Assembly (NCBI GenBank): GCA_047637555.1
Contig: JBLIKX010000001.1
Location: 8,294 to 72,293, forward strand
Direction of reading: 5' to 3'
Length of the DNA stretch: 64,000 bases
From: Crocinitomicaceae bacterium
GTDB lineage: Bacteria > Patescibacteriota > Minisyncoccia > Phycocordibacterales > UBA1006
The notes below the pieces were generated by a model that was not told the origin of the DNA, ran no database searches, and was given only the letters and a program-made list of their open reading frames with translations. This document shows, piece after piece, positions 16,984 to 23,766 of this stretch. Position numbers and translations under genes: made by a program. Numbering within the stretch: the stretch's first letter is position 1; each line of letters opens with the position of its first letter.

Positions 16984-18269
16984 TTTAGATAATCAGAAAG
17001 TTCAGAGATCTTAATAATTTTTTGTTTCCGTGTGCTCATGTCACGAACAATTACGGTTCCATCCATCGCTTCTTTCTGACCAAAAATTAATGTATACGGA
17101 ATACCTAATGTCTCTGCGGTTCCTAATTGTGCCCCAAGAGTATTCTTTGATAAAGAATGCTTGATTGGATAGTGCTTTTTACGCATTATTTCAATAATAT
17201 CAAAAGCTTTGGCTTTGGCTTCATATCCTAGTTGAATAAAGAAGAATTTTGCTTTTTTCCTTATTTTGGGATTATAGGTTCCTTCTTTTGAAATTTCAAG
17301 AATACGGTCTACTCCAAGTCCAAGCCCTACAGCAGGCACATCTTTGTTGTGTCCCATTGATTTTGCCAGTCCATCATATCGTCCGCCTCCCCCTAGTGCA
17401 ATTGATTGATTGCCATCTTTATCTAATGTGACATATTCAAACACAGTGTGCGTGTAGTAATCTAACCCACGAACCAGAGCATGGTCTATTTCATAGGGAA
17501 TACCTGCAGCCTCTAGGTATTCAAGTACTGACTTAAAATGTTTTTTACTGACGATATTTAAATTATCAATAATAGTTGGAGCTTGCTCGTTAATTTTTTT
17601 AGTATCAGGCTCTTTTGAGTCAAGAACACGGAGTGGATTTGTGTCGAGTCGAGCGAGGTCTTTTTCACTGAGGTATTTTTTATTTTTTCTATAAAAAGCC
17701 TTAAGTATTTTAAGATATTCTTTACGAACCTCAGGATCACCCAAGGTATTTATTTTTACAATAATCTCAGCACCAGATTCTTTTATTATTTGATATCCTG
17801 TTTGTATGGTTATGGCATCTAGTACGGCTCTCTCTGAACCAATGATTTCAAGTCCAAACTGATAAAACTGTCGGTAACGCCCTTTTTGAGGTCTTTCATG
17901 TCTAAAGAATGGACCACCATAGTATAAAAATACTGGTTGTGGTTGGTTACCCATTCCATGTTCAATGTATGATCGCATAATACCTGCTGTGCCTTCTGGT
18001 CGCATTACAAGTTTACTTCCACCTTTAGTTTTCAAGCTATACATTTCTTTCTCTACTATGTCGGTATTATCTCCAACACCTTTAACAAAAATTTCTTCAT
18101 GCTCCAGGATTGGCAGTTCAGTCCCAGAAAATCCATAGTATTCAGCAATCTCTTGTGCTTTTTCATAAAAACCTTGTTTTTGATAGAAGGTATCACCTGA
18201 AAGATCTCGCATACCTTTTGGTGCTTGAAGAAGATCTTTTTTGTTTTTTGTTTTTTTGTTTGGAGTCAT
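16974..18269 (-). CDS. hisS: histidyl-tRNA synthetase
   Basis: 431 aa; class II motifs (MRPEGTAG, FRHERPQKGRYRQF, GGGGRYDGL) and anticodon-binding C-terminus. Confidence 0.9.
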   Translation of the reverse strand: MTPNKKTKNKKDLLQAPKGMRDLSGDTFYQKQGFYEKAQEIAEYYGFSGTELPILEHEEIFVKGVGDNTDIVEKEMYSLKTKGGSKLVMRPEGTAGIMRSYIEHGMGNQPQPVFLYYGGPFFRHERPQKGRYRQFYQFGLEIIGSERAVLDAITIQTGYQIIKESGAEIIVKINTLGDPEVRKEYLKILKAFYRKNKKYLSEKDLARLDTNPLRVLDSKEPDTKKINEQAPTIIDNLNIVSKKHFKSVLEYLEAAGIPYEIDHALVRGLDYYTHTVFEYVTLDKDGNQSIALGGGGRYDGLAKSMGHNKDVPAVGLGLGVDRILEISKEGTYNPKIRKKAKFFFIQLGYEAKAKAFDIIEIMRKKHYPIKHSLSKNTLGAQLGTAETLGIPYTLIFGQKEAMDGTVIVRDMSTRKQKIIKISELSDYLKTL

Positions 18270-18323
18270 TGTTTTTTAATACTTAAGCGAGTAGAGGTTT
18301 TGAAATTTCTAATGGAAAAATAG

Positions 18324-18908
18324 CTATAGCTTAATTTCTAATTCTGAAGGTTTAACTTCCCCTGTTCTATAACTTATTTCAGTCAAGGGAAAGAGTCGTA
18401 AAAACGTTTTCCCGACAATTAAGTTTCTATCTAATACACCCCATGATCGTGAATCTGAGCTTTTTTGACGATTATCTCCTAGTACAAAATATTCATCCTT
18501 TTCAAGTTCCCAACTACCATAACTTGAAAAATCCCCATTAAGATAGTTCTCTTTTAGTTGGATTACACTATCATCAGCTTGGGTTATTGTTATTTTACTA
18601 CCATTAATGGCTATATTTTCTCCTGGCAAACCAATTACTCGTTTTATAAGAAATCGTGTATGTTCGGTTGGATAGCGAAACACCACAACATCACCCCGCT
18701 CAGGTTCTGTTGTTCTATAGGAAATTTCATCAATAATGAGATAGTCTCCATTTTCTAAGGTAGGGAACATCGACTCACCATTTACAATAAATGGTTGAGC
18801 AATAAATACGCGGATAGGAATGACCACCGCAAGGACAATAAGAATAAATCTAATGAGCTCTAATATTTCGGATTTAAGTGATTTTTTAGGAGTAGATTCT
18901 GAATTCAT
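18324..18908 (-). CDS. lepB: signal peptidase I
   Basis: 194 aa; GESMFPTL (catalytic Ser) and GDNRQKSSDSR boxes; TAGAAT 6 nt before ATG. Confidence 0.85.
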   Translation of the reverse strand: MNSESTPKKSLKSEILELIRFILIVLAVVIPIRVFIAQPFIVNGESMFPTLENGDYLIIDEISYRTTEPERGDVVVFRYPTEHTRFLIKRVIGLPGENIAINGSKITITQADDSVIQLKENYLNGDFSSYGSWELEKDEYFVLGDNRQKSSDSRSWGVLDRNLIVGKTFLRLFPLTEISYRTGEVKPSELEIKL

Positions 18909-18910
18909 GA

Positions 18911-18920
18911 TACAATTCTA
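18911..18920. promoter_or_regulatory. overlapping divergent -10 boxes (TACAAT on +, TAGAAT on -)
   Basis: 16-bp lepB/DUF192 intergenic region; + box is 8 nt before ATG 18925, - box is 6 nt before ATG 18908. Confidence 0.5.
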
Positions 18921-18924
18921 GCAT

Positions 18925-19410
18925 ATGAGTATGTTTCTCCAAAGGTATTCTGTTTCACAGAAAATTGTTAAACCTCTTATAGCACTTGTAATTATAGCAT
19001 TTGTTATTATTTTTTTTCAGTATTTATCCATAAAGAATAATCAATTTGTTAATCGTAATGATTTATTGGTAATGATAGGTGGCGAGGTACTTGAAACTCA
19101 GATATCAGACCGTCCCGATGAAAGGCGTGTTGGCTTATCAAACCATACATCACTAGGAAAAAATGAAGCAATGCTTTTTGTTTTTGATACACCTGGACCT
19201 CATTCCTTTTGGATGAAAAATATGGATTTTCCAATTGACATTATTTGGTTAGATTCTAACAAAGAGATTATATATATAGAGGAAGATGTCAGCCCAGAGA
19301 CTTATCCAAAAAGTTTCTTTCCAAATAAGAATGCCACATATGTCCTTGAGGTTGTTTCAGGATTTAGCAAAAAAAATAATATACAAATTGGAAATAAATT
19401 ATCATGGTAA
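18925..19410 (+). CDS. DUF192-family protein
   Basis: 161 aa; N-terminal anchor; MLFVF...FWMKNMDFPIDIIWLD pattern typical of DUF192. Confidence 0.6.
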   Translation: MSMFLQRYSVSQKIVKPLIALVIIAFVIIFFQYLSIKNNQFVNRNDLLVMIGGEVLETQISDRPDERRVGLSNHTSLGKNEAMLFVFDTPGPHSFWMKNMDFPIDIIWLDSNKEIIYIEEDVSPETYPKSFFPNKNATYVLEVVSGFSKKNNIQIGNKLSW

Positions 19411-19945
19411 ATTTAGAACAAAAATTAAAAAAAGTACGAGATAGCTTATTCCTATTTTTTAATAATTACTGTTTTTTCACCTATGCTATTTGTGTTTATT
19501 CAAGAAAGAATTAAGTTGACTGAGATTTTTTAGAATATGAATGAGGTCAAGAGCGCAGATAATTAATAAAGAAGAGTATTAATTAATACATTAAATGCTG
19601 AATATTTACTCCCAGTAGTCTTAATTATCTTAGTTGCTTAAGACATACAAATTTGTGCTTATTGCTGACGATTATCATATTAACATTAGGTATATGATTG
19701 AAATTGCAATTATATGAATTATTCTTGAGCTACTCCTTAACTATCCGTCTACCTTAGACTTGTGCAAATTATTCTTGTGATACTTGGTCTTTGGTTAGCT
19801 ATTATTTATCATATTTTTATCCATTTATGATAAATGAACCACTCTGTTTGGTTATTACCTAATGTGCTTGAAAATTAAGCTAATGTGGTAAATTAAATGT
19901 AGTTGCCGACCATGTTTAAACTTAAACAGGTCTGTGGTTATTATC

Positions 19946-19985
19946 GCCATCATAGCTCAGTTGGTAGAGCGCCACCATGGTAAGG
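19946..19985 (+). pseudogene. truncated tRNA-Thr(GGU), 5' ~40 nt only
   Basis: GCCATCA-TA-GCTC-AGTTGGTA-GAGC-G-CCACC-ATGGTAA-GG. D-arm identical to tRNA-Thr(UGU) at 37094-37166. No 3' anticodon-stem strand, T-arm or acceptor 3' strand follows. Confidence 0.7.
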
Positions 19986-20005
19986 ATACGAGGCTGAGTG
20001 AGTAC

Positions 20006-20036
20006 AAAAAAACCACAGCAATAAGCTGTGGTTTTT
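20006..20036. terminator. bidirectional intrinsic terminator
   Basis: AACCACAGC-aataa-GCTGTGGTT stem with A7 and T5 flanks; ends both the tRNA fragment (+) and rnpB (-). Confidence 0.75.
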
Positions 20037-20038
20037 AT

Positions 20039-20366
20039 ATGTTTATGTCGATAAGCCGGATCCTGTCTAGGGTAATCATTTATCTTGATTATATGTCACC
20101 ATATAATTCCTTGCGGCACTCTGAATAAATTCAGTACGACTTTGCATGTGGGTAAGGGTTTAGCCGTTTCACTATCTATGTCACCATAGAAATTCATCTA
20201 CTAGAGATGCCATCATCTTTCGAATTAGGCGTCACTGCTCGCACCTCGCGTATTACTACGGACAGGGGTTACCTGCTACCATTTTTGAACTCCGAAGAGT
20301 AAAACATGTCCGGACTTTCCTCACTTTCTGGTAAACCAGATTCGCGCGATTACCTAACATAAACAT
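20039..20366 (-). ncRNA. rnpB: RNase P RNA, bacterial type A, compact (~328 nt)
   Basis: Minus strand contains GAGGAAAGTCCGGAC (CR-I) and ACAGGATCCGGCTTAT (CR-V) forming P4. P1 is ATGTTTATGT/ACATAAACAT, and P3 is the hairpin CTGG-ttta-CCAG. Also CAGGTAACCCCTG and AGATAAATGATTACC, matching E. coli M1 RNA landmarks. Confidence 0.88.
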
Positions 20367-20400
20367 TAGTAGTGTACGGTATGTTATTAAAAATACAAAT

Positions 20401-20430
20401 AAAAAAAGCAGATATACTGCTTTTCTTTTT
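20401..20430. terminator. bidirectional intrinsic terminator
   Basis: AAAGCAG-atata-CTGCTTT stem with A and T flanks, between the small minus ORF and the rnpB 5' end. Confidence 0.55.
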
Positions 20431-20443
20431 CTAAAAGAAAAAA

Positions 20444-20569
20444 TTATTTTTCCTCTTCTTTTTTTGTAAGTTGAGTTAAATCAAATACCTCACAGTTATA
20501 GCTTTCTCCTGGTTCAGAACAATCGGTCTGGATTGACACTGACATTTCATCTATGGGTGTTTTCTTCAT
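20444..20569 (-). CDS. small hypothetical ORF (41 aa, MKKTPIDEMSVSIQTDCSEPGESYNCEVFDLTQLTKKEEEK)
   Basis: Only ORF in the rnpB-trmD gap; below track cut-off; no SD and no well-placed -10. Confidence 0.25.
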   Translation of the reverse strand: MKKTPIDEMSVSIQTDCSEPGESYNCEVFDLTQLTKKEEEK

Positions 20570-20643
20570 GATACTAAGTTTTTTCTAGTATAGCTAAAAT
20601 ACACTATTCTTGGCAAGTCCTTTTATGTGGATATACTGGATAT

Positions 20644-21336
20644 ATGAACTTCCACATAATAACTATTTTCCCAAACCTTTTTGACTCCTATCTAGGAGAT
20701 TCGATGATGAAAAAAGCCATTGATGCAAAAAAAATAAATATTCAATTCTATAACCCACGAGATTACACTCAGAATAAACATAACAAGGTAGACGACATTC
20801 CTTATGGTGGAGGTCCAGGCATGATCATGACGGTTGATCCTATTATGCGTGCATGGAATTCTGCTCGATATAAAAGGAGCGATAGTAAATTTATACGTCT
20901 CTTAAAAACAGGAAGAATTAATGGGGTAAAGAAATATAAAACCGTAATTTTGTCTCCAGGAGGAATAGAATTTACAACTAACTATGCAAAGGAAGCCGTT
21001 AACAATTACACCGATATCATTTTTATTTGTGGTCGTTATGAAGGAATTGATGCACGTGTTGCTCAGATTATTGGAGTTGAGGCAGAGGATGTTTCTATTG
21101 GTAATTATGTATTAACTGGGGGGGAATTACCTACGATGGTCATGATTGATTCAATTTCACGCCAAATAGACGGAGTTTTAGGAAATACTAATTCACGAGA
21201 GGAAGAGCGTATTTCGTCACACGAAATGTATACACGCCCAGCTGAGTATAAACATAATAAAAAAACCTATTCAGTACCAGATGTTCTTACGAAAGGGAAC
21301 CACAAGTTAATAAATGAATGGAGAAAAAACCACTAA
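20644..21336 (+). CDS. trmD: tRNA (guanine37-N1)-methyltransferase
   Basis: 230 aa; YGGGPGMIM, ICGRYEGIDARV, SIGNYVLTGGELP motifs; TATACT 6 nt before ATG. Confidence 0.9.
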   Translation: MNFHIITIFPNLFDSYLGDSMMKKAIDAKKINIQFYNPRDYTQNKHNKVDDIPYGGGPGMIMTVDPIMRAWNSARYKRSDSKFIRLLKTGRINGVKKYKTVILSPGGIEFTTNYAKEAVNNYTDIIFICGRYEGIDARVAQIIGVEAEDVSIGNYVLTGGELPTMVMIDSISRQIDGVLGNTNSREEERISSHEMYTRPAEYKHNKKTYSVPDVLTKGNHKLINEWRKNH

Positions 21337-21398
21337 TGAGATATTGCTTTTTGATTTATTTTTAGTAAATGGTATAGTTAAAAAAAATCTTATAAGAT

Positions 21399-21938
21399 AT
21401 GAACTATAGAAAAAAAGAACAGATTCTAATTCCTAGAGATAGACATTCTTCTGATATGAGCACTATTTTTATTTCAGATCATGATTTATTCCCAACTCAG
21501 CTCAAGGTTATTGAAAAGATGCACGGACATGATAAGAGGCAGATAGAAAACATAACGAGCACTCACTTACCTAATCGCTATGTTTCATTTCAAGATTGGA
21601 TAGAAGTTGTCATGAATTATGTACATGACCCTAGTGTTTCTGGTATTTATATTGTAATACATCGAGAATGGAAGACTAGATTCATCAAAGAATATATAGA
21701 ACCTGGAAAGGTTAATGGGGCTTTGATTGGTTGGTTTACGGGGTTTGGTGAAAAAGAATATCTTAGTCATGTAAAACAAAAAATGACTTATATATGGCAT
21801 GGTTGCGTTCTTGATTTTGATATCGAGAAAAATTTTGGAAGGACCCCTGTTATTAAGAAACATCGCAAGAAAAAAGATTCTATTTCTGAACTTAAAATAA
21901 CAAGGCCGAATAAAACACAACAAAGAAGAAAAAAATAG
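21399..21938 (+). CDS. hypothetical protein with basic C-terminal tail
   Basis: 179 aa; no recognisable motif; Lys/Arg-rich last 35 residues. Confidence 0.4.
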   Translation: MNYRKKEQILIPRDRHSSDMSTIFISDHDLFPTQLKVIEKMHGHDKRQIENITSTHLPNRYVSFQDWIEVVMNYVHDPSVSGIYIVIHREWKTRFIKEYIEPGKVNGALIGWFTGFGEKEYLSHVKQKMTYIWHGCVLDFDIEKNFGRTPVIKKHRKKKDSISELKITRPNKTQQRRKK

Positions 21939-21940
21939 TA

Positions 21941-21975
21941 AAAACCCCCATATATTTTAAGTATATGGGTTTTTA
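21941..21975 (+). terminator. intrinsic terminator
   Basis: CCCATATA-ttttaag-TATATGGG stem followed by T5. Confidence 0.65.
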
Positions 21976-21978
21976 TAT

Positions 21979-22006
21979 TTGACATTTCAAAAATTGAATT
22001 TATAAT
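21979..22006 (+). promoter_or_regulatory. consensus sigma-70 promoter TTGACA-N16-TATAAT
   Basis: TTGACA 21979-21984, TATAAT 22001-22006; about 30-nt A/T-only leader to helicase ATG. Confidence 0.65.
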
Positions 22007-22041
22007 TGATTTAAAATAAATAATAATTTAATAAAAAAAAT

Positions 22042-23208
22042 ATGAAAAAAAAATGTGATTTTGGATCAAAAGCTTTTAATATTGCTGCATATTTACTTAT
22101 TAATAAGATTAAAAATATTACTTTTGATGGTGCTGCTGGCACAGGAAAAACTACTTTTGCTCGCAGGTTAAAAGAATTTTGCGAGATAAAAGGGATAAAT
22201 GTTGCACTCACAGCTGTAACTGGAACTGCTGCAAATAATATTGGTGGTGTAACTATCTCTAGTTTTTGCCAGTTGAGAACTTACAATTTAGAAGACCATG
22301 AGATTATTGAGCGTAATCAATTAGTTACTGCATTGTTGCGGCTAGTAAAAATACTTGTTATTGATGAAGTTAGTATGCTAACTGATGAGCAATTAAGACA
22401 AATAAACATTGCATGTCAGGCGGCAAAAGGAAACAAAAAACCTTTTGGTGGTATTTCTGTATTGCTAATGGGCGATCTTTGCCAACTTGAGCCTATAGAG
22501 ATCAACGATGATGAAATTATTGCTATCGATTCTGTCTTGGAAACAAAAGAGTATTTAAAAAAACTAAATTTTACTCAAATTCGTTTAAAAAAAAATTATA
22601 GACAGACAGATGAAAGAAGTCTTTATTTTTTAAATTCTTTAAGAAATATGATTGTTAATAAATCCATTAATAAAACAAAGATTAATGAGTTGTTTAATTT
22701 TCTCAAAAAAAATACTTCTCATGGAATACATCTTTATTCAAACATTAAAGATGTACCCTTAGAAGAGTTTAACCCAAGTCATTATTATTATTCAAAAGGT
22801 AATGCTCCTTATACGGCACTTCCTATAATGTATGGTTATAATTATCTAATAACAAAAAATACTGATAATTATTTTAATGGTCAGCATATTGTTCTAAGCG
22901 AAGATAACGAAGAAGAATTTCTTTATCAAGACTTTTTATATAAAAAAGAGTCAGGTTTTGATAATAATGGTACAGCATGCTTGCACACTGTTTTTGATAG
23001 GGTTATTGCAGAATATTTAGCATTGATTCCTTTGAGTGATATGACAACACGTCGCGTTCAAGGATCTACCTTTGATTCAGGATGCATTGCATCTGAATTT
23101 TTTGCTGAAGATAATAAGGTACTTCAAGTATCTTTAATTGGTTGGCTGAAAACATTATATACAGCACTTGGTAGATTTAGAGATCTATCTAATGTTTCGT
23201 TGTGTTAA
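22042..23208 (+). CDS. PIF1/RecD-like superfamily 1 helicase
   Basis: 388 aa; Walker A GAAGTGKTT, Walker B VLVIDEVSM, LLMGDLCQLEPI, YRQTD, TTRRVQGSTFD and LYTALGRFR boxes in SF1/PIF1 order. Confidence 0.7.
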   Translation: MKKKCDFGSKAFNIAAYLLINKIKNITFDGAAGTGKTTFARRLKEFCEIKGINVALTAVTGTAANNIGGVTISSFCQLRTYNLEDHEIIERNQLVTALLRLVKILVIDEVSMLTDEQLRQINIACQAAKGNKKPFGGISVLLMGDLCQLEPIEINDDEIIAIDSVLETKEYLKKLNFTQIRLKKNYRQTDERSLYFLNSLRNMIVNKSINKTKINELFNFLKKNTSHGIHLYSNIKDVPLEEFNPSHYYYSKGNAPYTALPIMYGYNYLITKNTDNYFNGQHIVLSEDNEEEFLYQDFLYKKESGFDNNGTACLHTVFDRVIAEYLALIPLSDMTTRRVQGSTFDSGCIASEFFAEDNKVLQVSLIGWLKTLYTALGRFRDLSNVSLC

Positions 23209-23219
23209 CTAAATAATTC

Positions 23220-23255
23220 AGACCTAAAGCAAACATTTGCTTTAGGTCTTTTATT
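23220..23255 (+). terminator. intrinsic terminator
   Basis: 13-bp stem AGACCTAAAGCAA/TTGCTTTAGGTCT followed by TTTTATTT. Confidence 0.75.
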
Positions 23256-23481
23256 TGGTATAATAAAATTAAAGTCAATATTAACCCAAGGGCTGTGTAA
23301 AAAAAATTGTTTTTTATTTAAAACAATCTGCACACATAATGTTTAATTTTAAAACAAAAAATCTTCATTTAAACTAGCAAAGAAACGTAAAAAGTCATAA
23401 TATTATTTTAATTGATAAATTATAAATAATTTATGCCAAAATCTGATTGAGTTCAGCTACAATAATTTTTAGAATACGGTT

Positions 23482-23540
23482 ATGAAAAAAATGGTTTATA
23501 AGGAGGTGTGGGTTTTATGAAAAAGTCCACATCTAACTAG
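23482..23540 (+). CDS. leaderless micro-ORF pair (MKKMVYKEVWVL, then MKKSTSN) joined by ATGA overlap
   Basis: TTGAGT-N17-TAGAAT-N6-ATG at 23447-23484; internal AAGGAGGTG at 23500-23508, 10 nt before the second ATG (23517). Confidence 0.3.
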
Positions 23541-23570
23541 ATAAAAAGCGTAATTTAAAATATATAATTA

Positions 23571-23603
23571 AGAGCAATACCCTTCTATTGCTCTTTAAAT
23601 TTT
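23571..23603 (+). terminator. hairpin/terminator closing the micro-ORF unit
   Basis: 9-bp stem AGAGCAATA/TATTGCTCT, then TTTAAATTTT (interrupted T-run). Confidence 0.5.
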
Positions 23604-23629
23604 GACAATTGTAAAAAAATTCGTAATAT
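23602..23629 (+). promoter_or_regulatory. rpoB promoter TTGACA-N16-TAATAT
   Basis: TTGACA 23602-23607, TAATAT 23624-23629; implies ~130-nt rpoB leader. Confidence 0.6.
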
Positions 23630-23766
23630 GCTTAGTACCTAATATCTGATTGAGTTCCTGTTGCATTAGGGTTGCTGTACAACATTATTATATGTTTATC
23701 TCCTTACTAACCCTTAAAAAAGTATAAAACTAAAACACCAAAGTCTTCTTTGGTGCATTTACCGTT

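Noticed and set aside
19934-20128. 64-aa track ORF spanning the tRNA fragment and the 3' part of rnpB
   Set aside because: It is read through a tRNA-like sequence, a terminator hairpin and the antisense of RNase P RNA. There is no coding signal.
20209-20226. TTCGAAA...GATGATGGCA on the minus strand (inside rnpB) considered as the missing T-loop and acceptor 3' half of the truncated tRNA-Thr(GGU)
   Set aside because: No T-stem can be formed: only 2 nt lie between the loop-like TTCGAAA and TGATGGC. The segment is an integral part of the RNase P RNA, and a 7-mer match is expected by chance.
21399-23255. Hypothetical ORF 21399-21938 plus the helicase considered as a two-gene mobile element or defence system
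   Set aside because: A terminator and an independent consensus promoter separate the two genes. No integrase, inverted or direct terminal repeats, or toxin/nuclease partner is visible, so only the helicase cassette is reported as a finding.
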